The translations under genes and the position numbers were made by a program. Under the pieces are notes generated by a model. It worked only from the letters and a program-made list of their open reading frames with translations. It searched no databases and was not told the origin of the DNA. Source: an uncultured Gammaproteobacteria bacterium (GTDB lineage Bacteria; Patescibacteriota; Patescibacteriia; Magasanikbacterales; UBA922). From it: a stretch of 49,802 bases of DNA. Positions 35,526 to 44,500 of the stretch are shown here, piece by piece (position 1 is the stretch's first letter; the number at the start of each line of letters is the position of its first letter). The stretch covers positions 1-49,802 of the forward strand of contig CAZFTR010000008.1 of NCBI GenBank assembly GCA_964522405.1, read 5' to 3'.

Positions 35526-35588
35526 GGAGCGAAGGAGGGGGCGCTCCCGCTTCAAACCAGACACTACGAAGACCTTTTGAATTTTTAA
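35491..35588 (-). ncRNA. Candidate ~100-nt hairpin sRNA with anti-SD loop (CCCCCUCCUU)
   Basis: Perfect promoter upstream; 22-bp basal stem with 3 G-U pairs valid only on the minus strand; GGGAGCG/CGCUCCC apical stem; ends in U7. Confidence 0.7.
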
Positions 35589-35594
35589 TATATA

Positions 35595-35623
35595 ATTATA
35601 GCAGATATTAAGGCTTTTGTCAA
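35595..35623 (-). promoter_or_regulatory. Consensus sigma70 promoter of candidate sRNA
   Basis: TTGACA-17-TATAAT with extended -10 TG. Confidence 0.85.
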
Positions 35624-35636
35624 GCCTCTAAATATC

Positions 35637-35981
35637 TTATTTAACAGCTTCAACAATTTTTTTGAATACCTTTGGTTGATTTTCAGCAATATCAGCTAGG
35701 ATTTTTCTATCCAAGTCAATATTTTTTTTCTTCAAACCACCAATAAATTTACTATAATTTGTACCAAGATCACGAACAGCAGCATTTATTTTCACTTGCC
35801 AAAGAGCTCTTCTGGTTCTTTTCTTAACTTTTCTATCTTTGTAGGCATGTGCTCCAGCTTTGGTATCGGCTGTTTTAGCGAGCTTGATAAGTTTTCTACG
35901 TCCACCTTCAAAACCTTTTACCCTCTTCATCAGAGATTTACGCTTTTTTAGGTGTTGGGTTCCTCTTTTTACTCTAGGCAT
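35637..35981 (-). CDS. rplT: 50S ribosomal protein bL20
   Basis: MPRVKRG...KGF.G, AY.DRKVKKR..R.LW..INAA, YSKFI, LDRKILAD. Confidence 0.97.
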   Translation of the reverse strand: MPRVKRGTQHLKKRKSLMKRVKGFEGGRRKLIKLAKTADTKAGAHAYKDRKVKKRTRRALWQVKINAAVRDLGTNYSKFIGGLKKKNIDLDRKILADIAENQPKVFKKIVEAVK

Positions 35982-35987
35982 ATTTTA

Positions 35988-36194
35988 TTAGTTATAAGGC
36001 AAAGCTTTCAAAATAGTCTTGTTCATGGTCTTTGACATTGTTTTGTCACTGCGTTTATTTCTCTTAGTTTTCCCACTTTCTCGTGCATTAAAATGATCCT
36101 GTCCACCAGTTCTTTTGATAATTTTTGTTCCTTTTTTGGATTTTTTGACTTTAAGTCTCTTAGCTGTTGCTTTGTGAGTCTTTAATTTCGGCAT
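35988..36194 (-). CDS. rpmI: 50S ribosomal protein bL35
   Basis: MPKLKTHKATAKR N-terminus; infC-rpmI-rplT order. Confidence 0.93.
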   Translation of the reverse strand: MPKLKTHKATAKRLKVKKSKKGTKIIKRTGGQDHFNARESGKTKRNKRSDKTMSKTMNKTILKALPYN

Positions 36195-36229
36195 ATTTTT
36201 GTCTAATTCACTAAATTTGAAGTGCTATG

Positions 36230-36258
36230 ATTATATAGTATAAGGGCTATTTCGTCAA
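36230..36258 (-). promoter_or_regulatory. Promoter for rpmI-rplT
   Basis: TTGACG-17-TATAAT. Confidence 0.75.
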
Positions 36259-36474
36259 GTGGTGGTTCTGTGTATACTTATAAGGGCTCAAAAGGTCTGA
36301 AAAGCCAAAAAAGCTTAAAAGGCTGTGAACGATAATTGATCAATGTGTCACGCGCCGTTCGATCCGAATTATCTGGATCATCCGTAAATCCGCATACCCC
36401 CGAGCCAGTATCATGAATGCATCAGCGAAACACAGTAGTCTTTAAGGATCTATCTGCAAATTCGAGCATTCTTA

Positions 36475-37023
36475 CTATTTCTTGGCTATAATAGCAGTTA
36501 TTTTTCTTCCTTGTCTGGTAATAGCCTGCTCAGTTCGCAGATCAATATCTTCTGCAATTTTATCAATAAATTTTTGAACAGTGTCGCCAGCAAGGTCTTT
36601 TTTGGCATTTTCTCTTCCTCTTAGGATAAGTTCAATTTTTACCTTGTCACCACGATTTAGAAATTTCTCAGCTTGAGATTTTTTAACTTCCATATCATGT
36701 TCACTTATTCTCATGGAAATTCTTACGCCTTTCATTGTGCTTACATGGGAATGAGCCTTTTGCTTACGAGCCTGTTTTTCTTTTTGGTATTTAAATTCAG
36801 AAAAATCAATGATTTTAGCAACAGGAGGATCAGATTTTGGATTGATTTCAACCAAATCAAGTTCTTTTTCAATGGCAAGCTCAAGAGCAGCTTCTTTGGT
36901 CATTTCCCCAAGTCTTGATCCGTCTTCATCAAGAACTATTAAGTTTTCAGCCTTAATAAACTCATTTTTATTATATTGAGGAATCAATTGTTTTTTTGGT
37001 CTTTTTTTTCTTGAAATTCGCAT
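36475..37023 (-). CDS. infC: Translation initiation factor IF-3
   Basis: N..I.A, LDLVEINP...PPVAKIID, I.EHD..K...A..FL..GDKVK...LRGRE. Confidence 0.96.
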   Translation of the reverse strand: MRISRKKRPKKQLIPQYNKNEFIKAENLIVLDEDGSRLGEMTKEAALELAIEKELDLVEINPKSDPPVAKIIDFSEFKYQKEKQARKQKAHSHVSTMKGVRISMRISEHDMEVKKSQAEKFLNRGDKVKIELILRGRENAKKDLAGDTVQKFIDKIAEDIDLRTEQAITRQGRKITAIIAKK

Positions 37024-37041
37024 ATTAGACGATAAAAATAA

Positions 37042-37441
37042 TGGTGGAGATGCTGGGAATTGAACCCAGGTCTAGACAGCCTACCTTCATATTCTACATG
37101 TTTAGCCGCTTTGGTATTTCACTCTAAGCTAAAAAAGCGACAAAATAACTTAGAGCTAATCCTGAATTGCTTTCAAATTAGACCCACAGGAGGAGATCTA
37201 ATCCTACACTTGATAGGTTGACACCGCGGGACCACTATCAAGTATCATGGGCGCGATGACTGTGGCAATTAAGCTACAGTAGCAGCAAGTGTTGGAACAC
37301 TGAAAGCGTTAGCTACAGCATTCTTAACTCGCTTGTATACGTTTGCACGTAAGAATTTGCTTGTTATGTTTACGAGGATCAAGCAACCTCGACATGCATA
37401 TGAGAGATAAGTAACTCTATCTATCGAGTCCTTTCACCCCC
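37042..37441 (-). ncRNA. ssrA: tmRNA; tag (A)ANVYKRVKNAVANAFSVPTLAATVA* at 37346-37269
   Basis: 5' GGGGGTGAAAGGACTCGA, 3' CTGGGTTCAATTCCCAGCATCTCCACCA, G3-U pair; adjacent to smpB. Confidence 0.95.
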
Positions 37442-37452
37442 ATTTGGCAAAA

Positions 37453-37899
37453 TTAATTCTCAAGCTTGGCTTTTCGTATTTCACGGTCTATTTCTCGTTT
37501 CTTGATAGCTTGACGTTTGTCATGCTTTTTCTTTCCGCGAGCTATGCCAATCTCAAGTTTTATATTGCGACCCTTAGTATACACTGAAATAGGTATGATT
37601 GTCAAGCCCTTTTCTTGAGATTTTCCTGTTAAATAAGCGATTTCTCTCTTACTCAGAAGCAACTTTCTTGTTCTTTTTGGGTCATAATCAGTTAAAATTC
37701 CGGCATATTTATAAGCTGAGATTTGAGCTTGCTTAAGAAATGCTTCATTTCCTTCTATAACAACAAAAGCTCCTGCTAAATTCATTTGATTATTTCTAAC
37801 AGCTTTTACTTCTTGTCCAGACAATACTAAGCCAGCCTCAATAGTCTCTAGGATTTCGTAGTCAAACCTTGCTCTTTTGTTTTTTGCATATGTAGTCAT
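37453..37899 (-). CDS. smpB: SsrA-binding protein
   Basis: NKRARFDYEI...EAGLVL.G.EVK, R.RKLLL.K.EI, RGKKKHDKR; start MTTYAK at 37899. Confidence 0.97.
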   Translation of the reverse strand: MTTYAKNKRARFDYEILETIEAGLVLSGQEVKAVRNNQMNLAGAFVVIEGNEAFLKQAQISAYKYAGILTDYDPKRTRKLLLSKREIAYLTGKSQEKGLTIIPISVYTKGRNIKLEIGIARGKKKHDKRQAIKKREIDREIRKAKLEN

Positions 37900-38007
37900 A
37901 TTAATTACAATTTTACACTCAATTTGGTATTTTGCCAAGTATAGCAAAATCATGTATAATTAACTTGAAAATTTTAAGAATAAATGACCTGTAAAAGGTC
38001 TGAATTT

Positions 38008-38454
38008 ATGTTCAAATTAAGAAAAAATAAAATTGAACCATCTTTTATAATTTTTGCATTTGTGACCTTTTCTTTAATTGCCCTAACAGCACTTATTTTT
38101 TTGTTTATATTTAATTCTAAATCACAACCAAAAGTAGATAGAGAAGATGTTTATCAAGTTTTGATTCAAGAAGATCAGGATGAGCAGAAAAAAGACCAGC
38201 AGATAAATGTTTCAAAAGAGTATCAAATCTATATGGCTGATCTTATGGCAAGTGTTAGTAATTTTGAAGCTGGTCAGCAGGAATTTACTGTTTGGCTTGA
38301 AAATGCTTTTTTAAGTGTCAGGGTTCCAATAGAAAAATTAGATATTCATCTGCAAGTGTTGCTAGAGCTAAAGCAAGAATTTAAAACTTCAGAATATCAA
38401 GACTTAAAAGAGAAGTCTGTAGAATTAATCAGTGGAATTTTAAATAACCAATAA
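38008..38454 (+). CDS. Hypothetical protein with N-terminal membrane anchor
   Basis: Hydrophobic N-terminal helix; first gene of the operon. Confidence 0.7.
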   Translation: MFKLRKNKIEPSFIIFAFVTFSLIALTALIFLFIFNSKSQPKVDREDVYQVLIQEDQDEQKKDQQINVSKEYQIYMADLMASVSNFEAGQQEFTVWLENAFLSVRVPIEKLDIHLQVLLELKQEFKTSEYQDLKEKSVELISGILNNQ

Positions 38455-38455
38455 A

Positions 38456-39217
38456 ATGAAAGACGTACTTACAAAGGGTTTGGGAATTTTATCTGGATTC
38501 GTAGCAAGTCTTTCTCTTTTGATTTTATATCTGGTACCAACCAGATTGTCATTTGTTCTGGTAATAGCAATTTGGTGGATGATTTTATTTGCTACCAATC
38601 GTGTTTTTAAATTTGGCTCAAAGAGTTTATTTCTGCACTTAAGCAGTTCAGTTGCTTCAATTGCACTTTTCAGTCTAATAGAGTGGGAACCTCTGCTTTG
38701 GTTTTTGATTATTGTATCAGGTTTTCTTTTTTTTATTTTGTGGGAATGGTCTGTGATGCTGGTGCGTAAAACTAGTGGAATTAAATATAAAACCTGGAGA
38801 AGAATTACCATGATGATTTGGGTTTTTAATATGTATTCTTTCTTTACAGTTATATTTGCTATTAGAATTTTTTTCCAAGGAACTCCAATGTGGCTCCTAA
38901 GTTTGGTCGGTGGAGTTTTTGCCGGTTTTGGGGCGGCCATGATTTGGGATCAGTATTTTGAGGGAAATATCAAGAGTTTTACGCTCTGGATTTTAATTTT
39001 GAGTATAATAACCATAGAGCTGATGTGGATTATGCAGCTTTTACCTCTTGGGTATTTGATTTTGGGGCTGTTGTTGACTTGGATATGGTATATATGTCAA
39101 TTATTTATAAGATTTAATTTAACTAAGCACGGGATTTTGTGGAAAAGCCAAAGGTGGTTTTTGTTGGTCAATGCTTTGCTATTTTCCGCAGTGCTTTATT
39201 TTGTAAAATGGATATGA
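38456..39217 (+). CDS. Multi-pass membrane protein of unknown function
   Basis: About 9-10 hydrophobic helices; translationally coupled to neighbours. Confidence 0.8.
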   Translation: MKDVLTKGLGILSGFVASLSLLILYLVPTRLSFVLVIAIWWMILFATNRVFKFGSKSLFLHLSSSVASIALFSLIEWEPLLWFLIIVSGFLFFILWEWSVMLVRKTSGIKYKTWRRITMMIWVFNMYSFFTVIFAIRIFFQGTPMWLLSLVGGVFAGFGAAMIWDQYFEGNIKSFTLWILILSIITIELMWIMQLLPLGYLILGLLLTWIWYICQLFIRFNLTKHGILWKSQRWFLLVNALLFSAVLYFVKWI

Positions 39218-40260
39218 AAAACGCGCCACATCTTCCTCCAAAATCTTGTTCAATAAAAGCCAAACATAATTGGCATGTTTTGAAATGGGCTATTTCTGTG
39301 ATTTCACTTGCTCTTATTGCTGGAGTGGCAGCATCTTTTATTGCTTTTAGTTGGTTATGGCCTCTTACAAGTACCGACGGTTATTATTTGGTAAACTATA
39401 GTCAAAAAGAGGATGAACAATTATTGCAAGATCCCATGCTGGTAAGACATGTTCGCCAGAGAACAGTTAGCTTGTATGATAGTTCAGAATTTAGCCAATC
39501 TGGCATATATCCAAAACAAGCAAAAATTGGCAATTCTATTTTGCTTAGCTCTGATGGATGGTCAGTGATGCCCAGTAAGTTATTATTACAAAAAAACACT
39601 AAAAACTTAGTCGGTATAGATGATCGAGGCGCGCAAAAAAAAGTAGAAGAAATTTTAAATGATAAAATCAATGGTTTTTCATATATCAAGTTTAGTGGTT
39701 CAGATTTTCGGGTAACTTCTTTTGCAAAATGGGATGAAATTAAATCTGGTTACAATGCTTGGGCAATAAACGGGGTTTGGAAATCAGTAAAACTGGATAA
39801 ATACCAAACCAAAGAAGTAGGTGACTATTCATTGATTGGTGCAGAAGATCTCTATAGCTTGGATAGTATTTCAGAAGATCAGAATTTAGTGATAAATAGC
39901 AAGGGTGATTTTCTTGGGTTTATAGAAGGTGGTTATTTAAAATTAGTTTGGAGTGTTGAAAAACAATTACCATTTATTTTAGAAAATGGCATTCTGCCCA
40001 AGAACACTTTTGATCTCAAAGGACATTTTATCGATGGTTGGGTTGATCAGGAAACAGAAGTCTGGAATAAGCAAACTGGATTTTATGTAGCTTCAGTAAC
40101 AGCTAAATCAGGATTTGAGAAAGGGGATATTATATTGCAATTAGATGGTACAGCTATTACAGAAGTAGATTTTATGAGGTTGGTAAGTTTATCTGCAGAT
40201 AGTTTTGAAGTTCAGATTTTGCGAGCTGGAGAGTTGATGGATTTAAAGATAAATAAATAA
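39214..40260 (+). CDS. Membrane-anchored degenerate trypsin-like (HtrA-type) protein with C-terminal PDZ domain
   Basis: G.SILLSSDGW, LVINSKGDFLG, G.EKGDIILQLDG...V.ILRAG; catalytic His and GNSGG not evident; ATGA overlap at 39214. Confidence 0.7.
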   Translation: MKNAPHLPPKSCSIKAKHNWHVLKWAISVISLALIAGVAASFIAFSWLWPLTSTDGYYLVNYSQKEDEQLLQDPMLVRHVRQRTVSLYDSSEFSQSGIYPKQAKIGNSILLSSDGWSVMPSKLLLQKNTKNLVGIDDRGAQKKVEEILNDKINGFSYIKFSGSDFRVTSFAKWDEIKSGYNAWAINGVWKSVKLDKYQTKEVGDYSLIGAEDLYSLDSISEDQNLVINSKGDFLGFIEGGYLKLVWSVEKQLPFILENGILPKNTFDLKGHFIDGWVDQETEVWNKQTGFYVASVTAKSGFEKGDIILQLDGTAITEVDFMRLVSLSADSFEVQILRAGELMDLKINK

Positions 40261-40332
40261 GTTTTATTATTGACATTAAGCAATTTAAATGATATTTTAA
40301 AACATTAGATTTTTCAAAAATAATCAAACCAT

Positions 40333-40929
40333 ATGTTTAATAATTTCAAAAAAGCTCAGAGGAAATGGAAAAAAATTATCAGTATATCAGTACTCTTTGC
40401 TTTTATCGGTTTTACTTTGTCATTTAGTTTTCCACTGCAATATAGGGCAGACGCTCAGGTTTTGATAATTTCTCAAACCAGACAAGGAGTTGATCCTTTT
40501 ACAGTGGCCAGATCAGCAGAGAGAATAGGACAAAATCTGGTTGAGGTTATGGGTACAGGTGATTTTTTTAATAAAGTAAAAATCAATTCAGGGCAGAAAG
40601 TTGATTGGAGTTTTCTCGACGGATTAACAGAGCGAGAAAAGAGAAAATTATGGAAAAAAACCGTTGCACCTTCAGTATCATATGGAACAGGTGTTTTGAA
40701 CATTAGTACTTATCATACAGATCCGGTACAAGCTGTTGCGCTTGCCAGCGCAGTCTCTGATGCGCTTATCAAAAAAGGTTGGGAATATGTTGGTGGAGAT
40801 GTAAACATAAAACTTGTAAATCATCCGGTTGCAACTCCTTGGCCGGTCAGACCAAATATTGCATTAAATACACTGCTTGGATTTATTTTGGGATTTTTTA
40901 TTTCATCAGTATCTATTTTAAGAAAATAA
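40333..40929 (+). CDS. Wzz/YveK-like polysaccharide chain-length regulator protein
   Basis: N-terminal TM then P..Y.A.A.VL; C-terminal PVRPN.ALN.LLG.ILG TM; promoter TTGACA-17-TATTTT at 40270-40298. Confidence 0.75.
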   Translation: MFNNFKKAQRKWKKIISISVLFAFIGFTLSFSFPLQYRADAQVLIISQTRQGVDPFTVARSAERIGQNLVEVMGTGDFFNKVKINSGQKVDWSFLDGLTEREKRKLWKKTVAPSVSYGTGVLNISTYHTDPVQAVALASAVSDALIKKGWEYVGGDVNIKLVNHPVATPWPVRPNIALNTLLGFILGFFISSVSILRK

Positions 40930-40932
40930 AAT

Positions 40933-41283
40933 ATGCCTGTGGCAAAACAAAATGAAAAAATTATTCATTATGTCTATGATCATATTTTTGCATTATTAGA
41001 TTTTTCAGATGTAGTAGAAGAAGAAATTGAGAAAACAGTTCAGGATTTATTTGATATTATTTTTACCAGATTTTCAGTTCGGGTTGAAAACCAAGCTGAA
41101 GAATTGGGGAAAACAAAGGAACTTGAAAAGCTTTTTAAATCAGAGGATCAAGAAAAAATGAAAGATTTCATCCATAAAAATATTCCTAATTTTCAGGAAA
41201 TTATCTTGGAAGAGATTGATATTGTGCGAGCTCATTTTCTGGAATTTTTGGGGCATGCAGAACCTCAGCCCCAGACAGTTTAA
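40933..41283 (+). CDS. Acidic helical hypothetical protein
   Basis: Operon spacing; FI..NIPNF.EII.EE motif. Confidence 0.75.
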   Translation: MPVAKQNEKIIHYVYDHIFALLDFSDVVEEEIEKTVQDLFDIIFTRFSVRVENQAEELGKTKELEKLFKSEDQEKMKDFIHKNIPNFQEIILEEIDIVRAHFLEFLGHAEPQPQTV

Positions 41284-41292
41284 AAAAATTCT

Positions 41293-41571
41293 ATGCCTGT
41301 AAAAAAGAAAACTTCAAAAACCAAAACTCCAACAAAAAAGCCATCTAAAAGAGCTGATATTTCTAAGTTGCCTGTAATAAAGCCACAAGGAAAAAAAACT
41401 AAACAAACTGATCCGGTTTATGAAGATCTGGTTAAGATTTACAAAGATTCAAAAAAAGAATTAGAAGAATTAGAAAAAGAGGCAGTTGAGCTTAGAAAAG
41501 AAATATTAAAGCTTAGTGATAAACAAAAAATAAAGAATATTTTAGAAGACATAACAGAAGATAAAATTTAA
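41293..41571 (+). CDS. Hypothetical protein, basic N-terminus plus coiled coil
   Basis: Operon spacing; MPVKKKTSKTKTPTKKP then heptad-like helix. Confidence 0.7.
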   Translation: MPVKKKTSKTKTPTKKPSKRADISKLPVIKPQGKKTKQTDPVYEDLVKIYKDSKKELEELEKEAVELRKEILKLSDKQKIKNILEDITEDKI

Positions 41572-41573
41572 TT

Positions 41574-44500
41574 ATGCCTACTTCAGGAGAACAATTACAA
41601 AGAGAGAAGTTTGAGGCTGCTAAAATGGAAGTGCAGAAGTTGCATAGGGCACTACAAGATAGCATAGATGATGCAGAAGCTTTTAGAGCTATTTTTTTGG
41701 ATTTAGTTGGTGAAGATCTAAATGAAAAATTTGGATTTTTTATGGTTGGTTTTGGTTCTAAACTCGAGTCCCATGTTAGGCGTTCTGAAACCCATCCACA
41801 AATTTTTAAATCTAAGCGTAATAGAGAGTTGATGCTCAGCGCTGTTAAAGCTTATGTGGGTTTAAGTTTTGAAGATGCCCAGAAAATGGCCTCTACAGCT
41901 GTGCCTGGAAAAGCTTTAGAAACTTCTGAATCGGAACCAGATGGTCCTGCTGGTGGAAAAACCACCAAGGAAAAAGAACCCAAAGATCCAGAACAAGAAA
42001 AAAAAGAACTATTGCAGAAAATAAAGGCAGAATGGAGTAGTGTTTCTTCAGATATTGGATTTGCTGTAACCATAGACCAAGAAAAAGAATGGACACTTGA
42101 AGATCTAAAGATGCTTGAGGGGCAAGCACAAATCATGTCAGATATATATAGTAGCGAGCTCGGCACTCTTGTAAAAGCAGAACCAAAAAACAAGCCAGTA
42201 ATTTATCTGCACAGAGCCAGTCACGAGGCGGGTGTTTATAATTTAACATCAGGAGGAAATATTGAATTTACAGTTTCAGAAGGTTGGCAAGATCGATTTA
42301 AGGAGATAGCCATGAAATATGCCAAATGGGCTAGAGAAATAAGGCGTAAAATTGAAGACGAATACAAAACTACTCATTTTGTTAAGTTGCATAGAGCAGA
42401 AGAGTGGACTGCTCAAGACTTGGGGAGTGTAGAAGACCAGACTGCCATGATTGAAAGACTTAGTAATCAAATTTTTGGTGGAACAACAGTAAAAAGAGCA
42501 TTACCTCTAAAAAAATCTAATGTAAAATTGCATATACATCCAAGTACCAGTACAGTGAGAACAGAAATTAAATCCAAAAATGTACACTTTTCATTGGCTG
42601 ATAGTAATTTAAATGAAACAGAATTAAGTGCAATTTTTAGAAAATACCGAGATGATGCGAGAGCAGAAGCCGGCATGGACCCATATACTGAAGAAGAAGA
42701 AAAAGTTGAACCTTTAGAAGAAAAACGTCGAAGAATAGAAACAAGTTACCGAGATAATTTCGGAGGAGTTACCATAAGAGACATTGAACAGTGGACAGAC
42801 GAAGATTTATCAAGAATTGATGGGCAGTCACCACATGCCAGATATGCTTATGATACTGTCAGGTCGAGCGTTGGTGTTTTTAGTAGTGCGCCCAAAGTAA
42901 AAATTGATCTTTTCCCTCCTTCTTCATCTGAAACAAGTGGTTTAATCAAAGAAGGAGATAAATATATAATAAAATTAGTAGTTAGTGGAGATGATTGGGT
43001 ACTTGGAGAATTGAATGTTTATTTGGAGCAATATAAAGATGCAGTTTCAGGAGGCACTGAAGCAAAAGTAGTGCCTAGTGCACCAAAAGCAGAAAAAGGA
43101 GATGTTGTTGATGTAGATAAATTGAAACCTGGGACTTATGAGTTGGTAGATGGGGCTGGTGAGACTAAGAAACTTTCTTCTTCAGAAAAAATAAGAGGAG
43201 CTATAGAAAAGTTGCAAGCAAAGTATCCAATTTTGGATTTTGCTTTTGCAGGCTCAGATGTTGCATGGGGAGGATTTGATTTTGAAAGATTTGAAAGCGA
43301 AAAAGTGGCACAACATATTTTAGAGGTTCTTGCTGTAAAAATGGATGCAGTTCCAGATTCTCATCAGATTGAAAAAGTATATATTTATCCTCCCCAAGTT
43401 TCCTTGCCAGCTGCGGCGATGATTTCAGCTGGTAAAACAATTACCATGAAAATGGGTGATGGTTGGGAGGGAAGGTTTGACGATTCTGTTGATGCTTACC
43501 TGGTGTCAATCATAGATGAGATTGCACCTTTAACTGAACAGGAAGTGGAAAGTCGAAAAGCAGCAATGGTAGCAGAATATCCAAAGTTGCGCTTCGGAGA
43601 TAGTCAGGTTGGTTTTGAGGAGTCTGAATTTAGAATGATAGCGAGGCCAGAAGTTGCAAGAGCATTGGCAAGAATTTTTGAAGAATTGGATGAATATGTT
43701 GAAGCTGTGGTTATAAGACCAACCGCAGAGTCAAATAAAGCACAAATATTGATGACAGGTAGCGGCAAGGCAAATGTTATGATCCCTTCAACAAAAAATT
43801 GGCAACAAGCAGCGCTTGAAATGTCAGCAAATTTAGCAGCGCTTACTGGTCATGAAAGTGTTAGAAGGAGAAGGGCTATGGTCGCTGCTTTTCCAATTGT
43901 AGATACTGGAGCTCCATCTGCAAGAGCTCGAGCTGATCAAGCACCTGAAGCCGCACCTATTTCACCTCCTACAGTAGCAGAAGACTTAACATCAACATTA
44001 GATGAAACGCCAGAGGCGCCAGCTACACCACCAATTTCACCTCCATCTGCTGAAGCCGCTCCAGAAGTAGAAAAGCCATTGACAGAAAAAGAAAGAGAGC
44101 AGATGATCATGGATATTTTTTGGCCTATATGCCCTCTTTTAAATGATAATCTTGAAACACTAACAGACAAACAATTTTCTGCTTTTGTTACCAAAGAAAA
44201 TGCTCAGAAAATGAAGGATATTTTTAGAGAAGTCCAAAAGAAAATGGGTGCCATATTCATATATGCAGACACAACTCATACAGTTAATTTTTTCCCAGAT
44301 ACATTTTTAGGGGAGTTTGATGTGCAATTACAGTTATCAACCTGGGAGGCAGATGCAAAAAGACTTGCTGAAGAGATAAAAGTGGCTGAGCTTCCGAAAG
44401 TTGTTAAGCCTGTTCGTGCGCCAGCTGCTAAACCTACATCATCTACTCCTCGTCCAGAGTCTGCATCTTGGCTTGACGCAGGTTTTCTTGGTTCATCAGT

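Noticed and set aside
35491-35588. SRP 4.5S RNA identity for the hairpin RNA
   Set aside because: Size fits, but the helix-8 GNRA tetraloop and the CAGG/AGCA internal-loop motifs are absent
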